DNA from: Oculina patagonica
Lineage: Eukaryota
NCBI RefSeq assembly: GCF_052425735.1
Contig: NC_135768.1
Span: 6,758,001 to 6,822,000, forward strand
Direction: 5' to 3'
Length of the DNA stretch: 64,000 nucleotides
This document shows, piece by piece, positions 25,079 through 36,347 of this stretch (position 1 is the stretch's first letter; the number at the start of each line of letters is the position of its first letter). The position numbers were made by a program, and so were the translations under genes. The notes beneath the pieces are model-generated. The model searched no databases and was not told the DNA's origin. It saw nothing but the letters and a program-made list of their open reading frames with translations.

Positions 25079-26466
25079 CTATGAAACTACGGGTGTTGCT
25101 GTGGGGTCAATCTTGATAGAGTAGGTTCCAGGCATAGCTCCAGATGCACTTTGAAGATCCGGATGTTGGTCAAGCAGTTCCTTAAGTTTTGGATCTACAT
25201 GTACCTTGTGTACTCGATGGACCAAGTTGAGGGCTTGACAAACTTTGTCTGACAATATTGGTTTCTGTTTACTCTCTATGACATAGAAGTCCACATTGAA
25301 CTCCTTGTTCTTGAATCTTACGGGAAGGGTGACGTAGCCTTTTGGTCTGATTCGGTGTTGGCTGTATGACACCAGGGTCTTCTTTGTTTGCTTGATCTGG
25401 TGCTACTTGCTTGAGCTGAGCTGTGTTAATTACACTCGCATAGGCACCGATGTCAAGCTGACAGTGAAGGGAACTGTTGCCTACTTCTCCAGCTCCCACC
25501 ATTCATCATTTTCACGGGGGCTCTGTTTATTATTGATGCTATTCATCTCTAGGCTTGCTACATGTAACAATTGCACATCACTGTCAGGACCTTCTTCATC
25601 ACTAGAATAATCTTCGCTTGGATAGTGCATTTCATTCAACAGGTAATTTCTTGTCTTGCTACTGCACACTTGGGAAAAATGTCCAATTTTCTTGCACTTC
25701 TTGCATGATTCATTTTTAGCTGGACATTTGTCTTGTGGCTTGTGAACATTGTATCCACACCTACCGCACTTTTGAACTTGCTCATTGTTCTCTTTCGGTG
25801 TCTTCTGTTTCCCGCGCGTTTTGGACCTCTTAGTTGAGCCATCCCTCCATGCAAGTTTATTGGCCTCCACTTTCGGGTCTTCGCCAGACATCACTTGCAT
25901 TCCATCTTTGGTCGCTTTGAACATCCGACCGATGTCAATTGCCATCTCCAAGGTAAGGTTTTTACTTTTCTCCAAGCAGCGTTGCCGTACTCGTTCGTCT
26001 AGTTATTTGCATGCAATGGCGTTCCGAATTAACTTATTCGTTTCTGTCATATCCAAGACTCGGGCCAGCAGTTTCAGATCAGTGACAAAAGAGTCAAATG
26101 TTTCTCCTTGCAACCGGCGTCTTCGATCAAATTTAACTGCCGCCATAATAGGGTTCTTCTTGGCTTCGAGGTGAGCTTAAAACTTTCCGACGACTCTTAC
26201 GAGTATGTCTTTTTCACTTACATCTTGAGCTGATTCTCCGGATCCAACTTTCACAGTTTCCCACTGGAAGGTGAGGTAGATTTCCCGGCCTTTATCGCCC
26301 ACGAAGCTCATCAGGTTGCATATTTTCCCCTTTTCGGTGCATTTGCTGAGCGGTCCTCCGAACGTGAATTCGCATTGTTCATAAAACCTTTCCCATTCTT
26401 TACTAGCGAAGCGTCCCAGTTCATTCTTGGCCAGTTAAACGACGAGTTTGTGTAACCTTCTGCCAT
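25079..26466 (-). mobile_element. Decayed gag-protease of a Mag-clade-like Gypsy LTR retrotransposon; pol missing
   Basis: ATG at 26466. Gag with stops and frameshifts (WERFYEQ, GETFDSFVTDL). Two CCHC knuckles (CGRCGYNVHKPQDKC, CKKCKKIGHFSQVC). Protease LDIGA (D-T/S-G altered). Ends at YSIKIDPTATPVV, just before RT. Confidence 0.88.
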
Positions 26467-26500
26467 TTCGTAAGGCTCTGTTCTAGTCGGTGGCGCTCGA

Positions 26501-26521
26501 AATCCCACTATATTGACACCA
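26501..26521 (-). promoter_or_regulatory. Primer-binding site, tRNA-Leu type
   Basis: Minus strand tggtgtcaatatagtgggatt directly follows the LTR end (..aca) and resembles TGGTGTCAGAAGTGGGATT. Confidence 0.75.
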
Positions 26522-26621
26522 TGTTACATATGCACAACGTGAACGCCATGTTGAATCTCAAAACCGCATGGTTTAATGTAAACAATCATACACAATGGCC
26601 AGCTGTATGCCATACATAACA
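26522..26621 (-). mobile_element. 100-bp LTR (5' LTR, next to the PBS)
   Basis: tgttacata...catacataaca: TG..CA ends; near-identical copy at 28595-29353. Confidence 0.88.
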
Positions 26622-28594
26622 ATTATTATGTCTTACTTGGATGGTGAGTTCCTTATGGAACTCATGTTATCTGAGGGCAGCAAATTGACCTCGTGCTGGA
26701 TTATTATGCTTTACTTGGATGGTGAGTTCCTAATGGAACTCATGTTATCTGAGGGTGTCACATTGACCTCGTGCTAGATTATTATGCTAGATTACTTGCA
26801 TGGTGAGTTCCTAATGGAACTCATGTTATCAGAGGGTAGCATATTGATCTCGTGCTAGATTATTGTCTCTCTTGGATGGTGAGTTCGTAATGTAACTCAT
26901 GTTATCTGAGGGCAGCATATTGACCTCGTGTTGATTATTATGTATTACTTGGATGGTGAGTTCGTAATGTAACTCATGTTATCTGAGGGCAGCATATTGA
27001 CCTCGTGCTAGATTATTATGTCTTACTTGGGTGGAGAGTATATTATGGAACTGATGTTATCTGAAGGCAGCATATTGACTTCGTTCTAGATTATTATGTC
27101 TTACTTGGATGATGAGTTCCTTATGGAACTCATGTTATCTGCGGGCAGCATATTGACCTCGTGCTAGATTATTATGTCTTACTTGGGTGGTGAGTTTCTT
27201 ATGGAACTCATGTTATCTCAGGGCAGCATATTGACCTCGTGCTAGTTTATTATGTCGTACTTGGATTGTGAGTTCCTAATAGAACCCATGTTATCTGAGG
27301 GTAGCATTTTGATCTCGTGTTGATTATTTAGCAATTATTGGATGAGGCTGAGTATGATATGAAGAATTATGCAGATGTCGGAGGGTGTTATCCGCCTCAG
27401 CCGAATAATTGTTTTATTATTCATTCAAAATATTTCCAGAGCTCCAAATGCACAAAATGAATTTAATAGGGTTTTGACAGTAGGCAAAGTACACAAATAC
27501 ACAACAACGTTCGCTTTTAAATTTGATTTAAACTTCAAAAACTCGGTTACCTTCATTAAATTTCTTGTCCTTTATAATGTCGATATTTAGCACTTGCTTG
27601 AAGTGTCTATTGAAGCTAAATCTGATGACAAAAAGCGATGTTTTCGAGCACAGGTTTCCATCGTTCTTGCTTACTTCGACGTAGAATTTTCGTAAAACCG
27701 CTCCAAGTCCTCCGCTGTGGCTGGATCAGGGATCTTTTCCTCTTGAAGATACGCTTTCAAAATCGATCAACTCCCCTTCGTTGCTTTTTCCGTGTTTTGA
27801 CTTTCCTTGTCTTCTAATAACTTTAAAATTTTACCTCTTCGTAATGCTAAAATCTAGTGCCCATTTTCGCGCTTTCAACCTGCTCGGAAGCAAAGCCGTT
27901 CAGTCGCGTGACGTCAGCGGTTCTTGGGAGCGAGGTTGCGATCTGTTAATCATACTTGGGAACGAGGCTGCGATCCATTAATTTTTGATATTGGACGATT
28001 AAATGACGTCAATCGTCCAATAATTGGAATTTCTTCCAAATTTGGTCGGCGCTAGCCGGTTAGCTGGAATTAACCGGGGATCGAAAGCCAATCAGAAACA
28101 GAGAAATATTTTGAATGAATAATAATATGTCTTACTTGGATGATGAGTTCCTTATGGAACTCATGTTATCTGAGGGCAGCATATTGACCTCGTGCTAGAT
28201 TCTTTTGTCTTACTTCAGGATGGTGAGTTCCTATTGGGACCCATGTTATCTGAAGGTAGTATATTGACCTCGTGCTAGATTATTATATCTAACTTGGATG
28301 GTGAGTTTCTTATGAAACTCATGTTATCTGAGGGCAGCATATTGACCTCGTGCTAGATTATTATGGCTTGCTAAGATGGTGAGTTCCTAATGGAACTCAT
28401 GTTATGTGAGGCAGCATATTGACCTCGTGCTAGATTATTATGTCTTACTTGGATGGTGAGTTCCTTATGGAACTCATGTTATCTAAGGGCAGCATATTGA
28501 CTTTGTGCTAGATTATTATATCTAACTTGGATGGTGAGTTTCTTATGGAACTCATGTTATCTGAGGGCAGCATAATGACCTCGTGCTAGATTAT
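26622..28594. repeat. 78-bp tandem satellite, about 15 units (9 + 6), split by a Crypton-like insertion
   Basis: Unit attattatgtcttacttggatggtgagttccttatggaactcatgttatctgagggcagcatattgacctcgtgctag. Confidence 0.95.
27329..28126 (-). mobile_element. Crypton (tyrosine recombinase/DUF3504)-derived non-autonomous element
   Basis: Minus-strand remnant LLEDKESQNTEKATKGS*SILKAYL...LRKFYVEVSKNDG resembles Crypton/ZMYM-type N-termini. No TIRs; a short terminal hairpin; repeated attcattcaaaatatttc. Confidence 0.6.
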
Positions 28595-29353
28595 TGTTAC
28601 ATATGCACAAAGTGAACGCAGTGCCGTAGCAGGGTAAAATAAGTGGGGGGCACGCGAGCGCCGGAGGCGTGAGCTGCTAGGGGGGTCTGGGGCATGCCCC
28701 CCAGAAAATTTTGAAATCTAGAGGCTTGGAAATGCTATTTCCAGCATTCTCCAACGAAGAGCTATTTGTGATTTACGCATATCGCGAATTATTTACTTCC
28801 TATCTCAGCAAACCAATGCACATTGAAGAGAGTATAATACTTGCAAGGTCAATTACAAAATAGAAAACCGACTGTCTCAGCAGCAAATGTTTTACTTTTC
28901 CGAGTCATCATAGTGAGTTGGTAGTTATTAAACTGTCTGAGTTGCCTTAGAGGCAAACGTAGAGTTCATCAGTACGTCGTTTTTGAAAACTTCGCAAAGT
29001 TTAGTTAGTTCAAAATGTATATCCGCAGTACAAATATGTGAATTTCATATATTCATTTAGTTTGTTTAGTTTAGTTTTTGGCTGTTTAATATTGTTGTGC
29101 ATCACCCTACGTACGTTAAAAAATGAAAAGAAGTACAAATGTTATTGTTTCAAACCCCTTGGGAGATAAATTTTATTTTCAACATGTATTTCATACCGGT
29201 CTGTTTTTACTTTTTGGGAAAAAAACTGGGGGGCACCCCCCCCCCCGGCCCCTCCCCTTGCTACGGCACTGGAACGCCATGTTAAATCTCAAAACCGCAT
29301 GTTTTTAATGTGAACAATCATACATAATGGCCAGCGGTATGCCATACATAACA
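28595..29353 (-). mobile_element. Second LTR copy (3' LTR, next to the PPT), interrupted by a MITE
   Basis: Removing 28619-29271 and one TSD leaves 101 bp that match 26522-26621 with about 7 differences. The minus-strand PPT gagtggggga lies at 29354-29363. Confidence 0.88.
28619..29271. mobile_element. hAT-like MITE with a 5-bp TSD (hAT5-like)
   Basis: GAACG|cagtgccgtagcagg...ccttgctacggcactg|GAACG. The empty site is visible in the other LTR. Confidence 0.85.
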
Positions 29354-29796
29354 TCCCCCACTCAAAAATTCGAGAAATTAAGATAATTCATCTAGCAACG
29401 AAACAAAGTAAAAGACACGATTTCGTGAAAGCCGTCAAAATCTCCACAAAAGAGTCAAATACAGTCCCGTTATTAGGCGATGACATCGCCTTGTGTCATG
29501 AGGCGTCGGTGGGACAAATTATGTATTTGATGAGTTCTATTGAATTCAGTGGACAGATGATCACATCTCTACATTTTTTTAATACAATGGGCTTGTGTTG
29601 TCGGTCTGTGAACAATTACGTGACAGCTCTTGACCTTCGCATGTCGCACGCGAGAAGTATCGTATATATCGAAAGTCACCCTACAAGAGAACGCAACTTT
29701 TTGCTGAGCAGTCATTCAACACAGAAGTTGTCAGCTACCTTTTTTGGTATATGTAAATTTTTGACAAATTTTCTGAAAATTATTTTAGACCCCTTG

Positions 29797-30067
29797 GAGG
29801 GGTCATGAATGGTCCATCAAAAGTTTGCAGTGCTCGCAAAATTACGCTTCTGCTCGGAATGCTCGCAAAATTTTAGTGGGTGCTCGTTTGCTCGTGCTTG
29901 CATATTTTTACAATTGCTCACATGCTCGAATTTTTCTTGGAGGTAGCTTTTTGAAAAGTGTTCGTTGCTCTCAAGACTAACTTTTGTCAATGCTTGTGCT
30001 CGCAAAGAAAGACGCTCTGCTCGCATGCTCGCAAATGCTCGCAAAGACCATTTGATACCCCCCCCCC
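29797..30067. mobile_element. MITE with tgctcgc subterminal repeats
   Basis: gggggtcatgaatggtc...gaccatttgataccccc imperfect TIR. Confidence 0.55.
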
Positions 30068-30095
30068 CCTTGGGAAACGTCATCGCCTGTGGACG

Positions 30096-31037
30096 TTACT
30101 GAAGAAAATTATTTTCATAGACTTTCACTGACTTTTTGGAGAACTCTTCATCTAATTCCACTTGTAAAAATTCTTCCAGCACTCTCCTCCCGTAGTTTTT
30201 CAAACTTTCGTCTTGAAACAAGCAAAAAATAAAATCACCCTTGATAACTTCACAGGCTCGCTTGAATTGATGCAAAAGATGAGCTTCGTACAGAACTGGA
30301 TCACTTGTGTAAACAGTCACACACCAAAGCATACATTTAACTCTCGGCGATAACACACCGAAGCTGACCGATCTAGGAAAACCACCATCGCCACATTTCT
30401 CGACAGCGAAATACAAATCGATTTCCTGCTGCAAATAATCGATATTTGATCGTAGAGGCTCGATAGGGGTGAAATCCAGGACGATGACCTTGTCTGGGAA
30501 CAATGTCTGTGACACGGGGCTAGAGAAAATAACATCGCATATGTATTCTTTAGTGCAAGCTTCAATCTGAATGGAATTATCAGCTGTAGAAAATTGATGC
30601 GAGCGTAAAGACGTCCTTTTAACAGAAGCGCTCAAAATTTCCAACTGCGTAAGTTTCGTTACCGAATGACTCGTGATCGTTCCGTCGGTTTCGAATTGTT
30701 CTCGACATACGCTTGGATATTGTCTTCGTATAAACTCATTCATCGTTTGTGATAACTGTTTATAAACACCTTTTCCGCGGAATTCTGCTAAAGTACGTCC
30801 TGCTCGAAGGATTGCTGTTCTTCCTTCGTCGACAATGGAACACGAAATCAAACCCACAAGTTTCTCGTCTAAATAGGCAAGCATAACATCTAACTTGTCC
30901 ATGTTCATCCACGCATGGTATCGCAATGGAAGATAGTCGTGTCCATGGTAAATTCCTTCTGACAGTTTCAGGATCTCTTCGAAGTCACTTGGTTTAGCAA
31001 GGCGAAAATCTAACTCTAGGTTGAAGTGGTCCATCAC
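30096..31037 (-). CDS. NAT16/histidine N-acetyltransferase-like GNAT, copy 1
   Basis: Single-exon 313-aa ORF. GIYHGHDYLPLRYHAW matches the NAT16/HISAT N-terminal signature; acetyl-CoA motif FRGKGV. Confidence 0.88.
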   Translation of the reverse strand: MMDHFNLELDFRLAKPSDFEEILKLSEGIYHGHDYLPLRYHAWMNMDKLDVMLAYLDEKLVGLISCSIVDEGRTAILRAGRTLAEFRGKGVYKQLSQTMNEFIRRQYPSVCREQFETDGTITSHSVTKLTQLEILSASVKRTSLRSHQFSTADNSIQIEACTKEYICDVIFSSPVSQTLFPDKVIVLDFTPIEPLRSNIDYLQQEIDLYFAVEKCGDGGFPRSVSFGVLSPRVKCMLWCVTVYTSDPVLYEAHLLHQFKRACEVIKGDFIFCLFQDESLKNYGRRVLEEFLQVELDEEFSKKSVKVYENNFLQ

Positions 31038-31146
31038 TGAAGGGTACGGTTAGCGTTAGGTTTTTTCTTCCTTTTTAAAACAATCCTCGCTTCGCTGGAT
31101 CTCGCGTGACGTGAATATTTAATATGATGATAGCCTGTTGCGATGG

Positions 31147-31167
31147 TGACGTCATTTGTCACGCTGG
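31147..31167. promoter_or_regulatory. CRE palindrome (TGACGTCA) within a paralog-conserved upstream motif
   Basis: tgacgtcatttgtcacgct, 110 bp upstream of the copy 1 ATG. Homologues at 34370, 36677, 38750 and 63091. Confidence 0.5.
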
Positions 31168-31370
31168 CTACGTTTTATAGTATTATATGCAATTTGAGCA
31201 ATAATGCAGATTTAAATGTTTCGTAGAGAAGTTTTATTTTATTTTTTTTATTTTTCCTCAAAGCGTTTCCTACAAAAGACGAGATATCTGGCAGACGCGA
31301 CTCATACACGGCGATCTTGAGACATAATCCATCAATCCAAATAATATACAAATCTTCCTTAACGTCGAGT

Positions 31371-32695
31371 TAATGCATCAGTCAATTGAAACCCCGGCCC
31401 CCCGACCCCCGGGACTTAGCGGGGATTTAACGCGTCCAAAGCCGGGATTTAACGCACTTTTAACGGCGCGTTGGCCCCGGTGGGCGATGGTTTTAACAAA
31501 ATGTCAGTAGACCGGGGCCGTGGAGCGGTGATTTAACAGCACGCGATCACCTGAAGCGGGGACGGCAGCCGGGATTTAACATAAAGGACTAAATGCTTTT
31601 CTCAAAATGTTCGTTCTGAAGAATCCGTTCTAAAAAGTCTCCACGCTCCTTCTTTGATAAAGCCTTTCGCGACGCCTGGGTTTGTATTTAACGTGTTCGC
31701 ACGATAAAAATAGACTCATTGTACTTGGAATCTGCCACCTTTGTACACTATCGTCTCCAAGAAAGTAGTTTCTGTTTCTGAGATTTCAGCCGTGAATTAT
31801 ATCGTAGGGTAAAAGCTGTTTACCTTTAGCAGAAATTCTTCTATTTTGTCTCTTCTTGTGTCCCACATCAGTTTAAAAGACGGCGTCAATAAATTGTTTC
31901 CAAAGGATAGGCTTATTGGTACTTGTCTGAGTATTTCGTTTTTTTTTGGCCGTGAAGATGACAGCAGAAACTGCGGCGATTGTCGTGCCCTTGGCTGCTT
32001 GATGTGCTTAAAGATTATCTTTTCCATTGAATTGGAACGAGCTTTCTTGAAAGATCACACTGAGCATCTCTCTTAAAAACCTGTTAAGTACGGGAAGGGT
32101 TTCCCTGATGAAATTCCTCGTATGCTTCGTATACAGTGTAAATGAGACAAGGAAAGCTTTTTTAGGCTGTTTAGGCATGGCAGTGTAATTTTGTCAATGA
32201 ATTTATTAAAGTCTGTCGCACGAAGCTTGTCGCTGTGCTGTCGGCTGAAGTAGATGGTCAACAAAAGCTGAAATACGTTCTTTAGGGCAATCACACCCCC
32301 GATATTATGGGTCTTCCGGCAGGCGTGTTCATAATGGCTAATTTCGGGCTTAAAATTTGACAAATTTGTGTCTCTGACCACGAAAAACAATTTTTTAATA
32401 GGTTTTTGGCGGAAACAAACTACATCAGGTTTCTTTCCGACCTCATAACTATATATGGACAATAAATGAAAGAAATAGATTTTTCAACTTCTGCAACGAA
32501 ATCAAGATTTTTGTCCGTTTTATTCCTGAATGATCCTGAAAGTCGATTCGGATGCCCCCGCTATGCGGGGCTTTTAACGGACGTCTAGGCCCCTAGGGCG
32601 GGGAAATAAGCGGGGTTTTAACACTTGGTAAATGTTAAATTCCCCGGTAAGTCCCGGGGGTCGGGGGGCCGGGCTTTCAGTTGACTGATGCATAA
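31371..32695. mobile_element. Non-autonomous TIR DNA transposon, about 9-bp TSD
   Basis: acgtcgagt|taatgcatcagtcaattgaaaccccgg...ccgggctttcagttgactgatgcataa|acgtcgatt. Paralogous empty sites near 36815 and 63219. Confidence 0.8.
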
Positions 32696-33335
32696 ACGTC
32701 GATTAAAAATTGATTTGTCTTCTTCTTTAAACGAGTCTCGCGAATCCTAACATCTGTTCAGTTTGTCTATTATTTTCAAAGCTTTCCCGGGAAGTTTGAA
32801 GTAATATAACCTGATACTTAGTCGACGACTTCGCTGGATTTTTGTTTAACACCCCCCAAGTGATAAGTCTTCATGGGATGTGGCGTGACTTCCCAAATAA
32901 CGGCCGCCACGGCGACTACCAAAAATTTGCGTTTTACGTAAATTTCAGGTTTTCGTTTTCGTTTCAGTAAAAAAGAAACCATTTCGAAATTGCCATTGCT
33001 TTTTTTTTGTTTTTTTGTTTTAGTTTTATTGTGAAAGTTGTTATATGTTGTTTGTTATTTTGTTAATGTTGGCACCTCGGAGCTGTTTATAATATATATA
33101 CCTTCTTTAAAAAAAGTATCTCCTAAAGTGTCATCGTCTGCAATTGTGCCATGTGCTACTCCAAAGATGGGCAAAGCCGTTTCGAGTACTTTGTTTTCAA
33201 TCTTGTCGACGTTAAAAAAGGCATTGCTGGAAATATTAAAATTTATTAGTAGAAGTGCTAGTTATCTTACTCGATTATCTTACGGTCCCAAGAGTCTTTT
33301 ATTTTTAATATATCAAAGCTGTTTCAAAGTTGACG

Positions 33336-34271
33336 CTACTGTAGAAACTTGTTTTCATACAGTTTCATTGACCTTTTGGACATTTCTTCGTCTAGTTCCA
33401 GCTCTAGCCCTTCCTGCAGCACTTTTCTTCCGTGGTGTGTCAAATGTTTGTCTTGAAATGAGTTGAAAGTAAAACCGCTATCTATAACTTCCCAGGCTCG
33501 CTGGAATTGATGGAAAAGATGAGCTTCATACAGAACTGGATCACTGGTGTAAACAGTCACATACCAGTCAATACATTTTACTGCCGGCACCAATACACCA
33601 ACGCTGACCGATCTTGGAAAACCACCGTCGCTACATTTCTCGACAGCGAAATACAACTCGATTTCTTGCTGCAAGTAATCGATATTTGATCGTAGAGGCT
33701 CGACAGGGATATAATCCGGGATGATGACTTTGTCTGGGAACAATTCCTGCGCCAGAGGGCTAGAGAAAATAACATCGCATAGGTATTCTTTAGTGCAAGC
33801 TTTGATCTGGGTGGAATTATCAGGTGTAGAAAATTGATGCGAGCGTAAAGACTTCTTTGTAGCAAAAGCACACAACAAATCCAACTGCATAAGTGTCGTT
33901 GCCGAAGAAAAATTGTCGAGACTCGTAAATCGTTCTCGGCATACGCTTGGGTATTGCTTTCGTATGAACTCATACATTGCCTGTGATAGCTGTTTATAAA
34001 CACCTCGTCCGCGAAACTCTGCTAAAGTACGTGCTGCTCGACGGAGTGCTGTTCTTCCGTCGTCGACAATGGAACACGCAATTAAACCCACAAGTTTCTC
34101 GCCACAATGAGCGAGTATAACATCCATCTTGTCCATTTTCATCCATTTATGATATCTAAATGGGAGGTAATCGTCTCCATCGTAGATTCCTTCTGATAAT
34201 TTCAGGATCTCGTCGAAGTCACCCGGTGTAGCGAGGCGAAAAGTTAACTCTAGGTTCTTTACTGAACTCAT
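33336..34271 (-). CDS. NAT16/HISAT-like GNAT, copy 2 (ORF is open upstream to 34403)
   Basis: GIYDGDDYLPFRYHKW, FRGRGV; colinear with the other copies. Confidence 0.88.
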   Translation of the reverse strand: MSSVKNLELTFRLATPGDFDEILKLSEGIYDGDDYLPFRYHKWMKMDKMDVILAHCGEKLVGLIACSIVDDGRTALRRAARTLAEFRGRGVYKQLSQAMYEFIRKQYPSVCRERFTSLDNFSSATTLMQLDLLCAFATKKSLRSHQFSTPDNSTQIKACTKEYLCDVIFSSPLAQELFPDKVIIPDYIPVEPLRSNIDYLQQEIELYFAVEKCSDGGFPRSVSVGVLVPAVKCIDWYVTVYTSDPVLYEAHLFHQFQRAWEVIDSGFTFNSFQDKHLTHHGRKVLQEGLELELDEEMSKRSMKLYENKFLQ

Positions 34272-35405
34272 CGCTTCTCGATTGCTTATCAAAACAATCC
34301 TTGCTTGGCTAAATCTCGCGTGATATGCTAATAAGCTGAATGTATTATAAATGTTAGCCCGATATGAGGTGACGTCATTCGTCACGCTCGCTGTCTTTGT
34401 CATGCAAAGCTTGTAAATTTAACATTTTGATGGCGTGACCAAGGTCATTTGGAATATTTTTTATGAAAAGCACTGTGTTCTTCAATGAATATGCTCTACG
34501 ATTGTAAGCTAATATTTTCAAATACTACAACTTGAACGTATTTTTTTATAGGTTTAAAAGTTACTTTGAAATCGTCCCGAAAGTATTACCATCGAATATA
34601 GTAAATAAACTGGCCCTTATTTAGCTTGCAGGGGTTTTCGGGATATCCTTCCACGGAAAATTTTGACAACTAAGGTTTCCTGAGACAGCATTTCGTGCAC
34701 TTTGAAGACAGTTCGATAGGTAAACAGCCAGCGAAAACCAAATATATAAACATGGGTATTTCTGCAACCTTTTTGAATTTGAAATCGGGTTTTTAAAAAA
34801 GAAACTTTAAGTAACAAGTAATTTATTATTTTATTGTAATTTTTTAATTGTATCAATGAGAAAACCATATACTGTCACTAAAAACTTTAATATACAGCAT
34901 ATAAAAGAAAGGCAGACACAAAAAAGTCTTCATATTACGTCACTAGAATCCAAGTTACAAAAGTCCAAACTGTATCAGGTAAAAAATCTACATATGGCGG
35001 ACCTTCGATTGAAGAGAATTTTGAGCCAAAGGAGTAAAGATGTCAATGAAAATGACCGGGTTGAACCCCCTACCCCCTCCCCCCCTCCCTTGCCTACAGG
35101 CCTGCATTAAAGCAGTCAGTTTTAGTTAAATTATTCTGTTTCATCGTTGTTCAATACATCGGAGAATTTTACTTCGATACGCTTTACAGTTTTTAATTTT
35201 TTTTTGTAGTGTTAAGGTCGGAATTCAAGTAACTCACCGCAAAAGCGAAAAGTGTTGTTGTGCGGAACTTGCGCCATATGAAAGCATTTCGCGTACAAAC
35301 TCTTCGTGTGTTCAAATATGCACGATACTTATCAAAACTGAATAATTATTCAAAAGCTGTAAACGCGCATTGCACTTTTGACCCCTCATCGGTTTCTGTT
35401 TCCAT

Positions 35406-36347
35406 TCAAAGATGACTTTGCCGAAGAAACGTTTTAGTTTCGTAAAGTTTCAGTGGTGGTTTGGACAGATTTTCATCTATTTTTAAATGCAATTGTTCCT
35501 CCAGTACTTTTCTTCCATGGTTCGTCAAACTTTTGTCGTGACAAGAGCCGAAAATAAAATCGCCTTCGATAACTTCACAGGCTCGCTGTAACTGATGCAA
35601 AAGATGAGCTTCATACAGGACTGGATCACTGGTGTAAACAGTCACAAACCAATGCACATATTCAACTCTCGGCGACAGTACACCGAAGCTGAGCGATCTT
35701 GGGAAATCTTCATCGCTACATTTCTCGACAGAGAAGTACAAATCGTGTTCTTGCTGCAAGTAATCGATATTTGATCCTAGAGGCTCGATTGGGACAAATT
35801 CCAGCATAATGACATTGTCTGGGAACAGTTTCTGCGCCACAGGCCGAGAAAAGATCACATCGCATAGGTATTCTTTAGTGCAAGCTTCAATCTGAATGGA
35901 ATTGTTAATTGCAGAAAACCGATGCGAGTTAAAAGTCTTCTTTTCAACATAACATCGTAGAAGATCCAACTGCACAAGTTTCGCCGCGGACGGATAATTC
36001 CCTGGTCGTGTTGTGAATCGCTCTCGACTTGCGTTCGGGTAGCGTCTACGTATCATCTCATACATGGCTTGCAGTAGGCTCTTAGAAACACCTCGACCGC
36101 GAAACTCCGGTAAAATACGCCCTGCTCGACGGATTACTGTTCTTCCGTCGTCGACAATGGAACATGCAGCCAATCCCACGAGTTTCTCGCCAAAATAAGC
36201 AAGAATGACATCCATCTTGTCCATCTTCATCCACGCATGGTATCTAAATGGAAGGTAGTCGTGTCCTTCGTAGATTCCTTCTGACAATTTCAGGATCTCG
36301 TCGAAGTCATTCGGTCTAGCGAGGCGAATTGTAAGCTCCAGGTTCAT
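35406..36347 (-). CDS. NAT16/HISAT-like GNAT, copy 3
   Basis: 313 aa; GIYEGHDYLPFRYHAW, FRGRGV. Confidence 0.88.
   Translation of the reverse strand: MNLELTIRLARPNDFDEILKLSEGIYEGHDYLPFRYHAWMKMDKMDVILAYFGEKLVGLAACSIVDDGRTVIRRAGRILPEFRGRGVSKSLLQAMYEMIRRRYPNASRERFTTRPGNYPSAAKLVQLDLLRCYVEKKTFNSHRFSAINNSIQIEACTKEYLCDVIFSRPVAQKLFPDNVIMLEFVPIEPLGSNIDYLQQEHDLYFSVEKCSDEDFPRSLSFGVLSPRVEYVHWFVTVYTSDPVLYEAHLLHQLQRACEVIEGDFIFGSCHDKSLTNHGRKVLEEQLHLKIDENLSKPPLKLYETKTFLRQSHL

Noticed and set aside
26622-28594. CRISPR-like array or 26-aa repeat protein
   Set aside because: Units are homologous along their whole length with no unique spacers, no cas genes are present, and the reading frames checked hit stops within one or two units.
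34272-34403. 44-aa N-terminal extension or targeting peptide on GNAT copy 2
   Set aside because: The upstream frame is not kept open from an ATG in the other copies and overlaps the putative promoter motif. Unresolved without transcripts.
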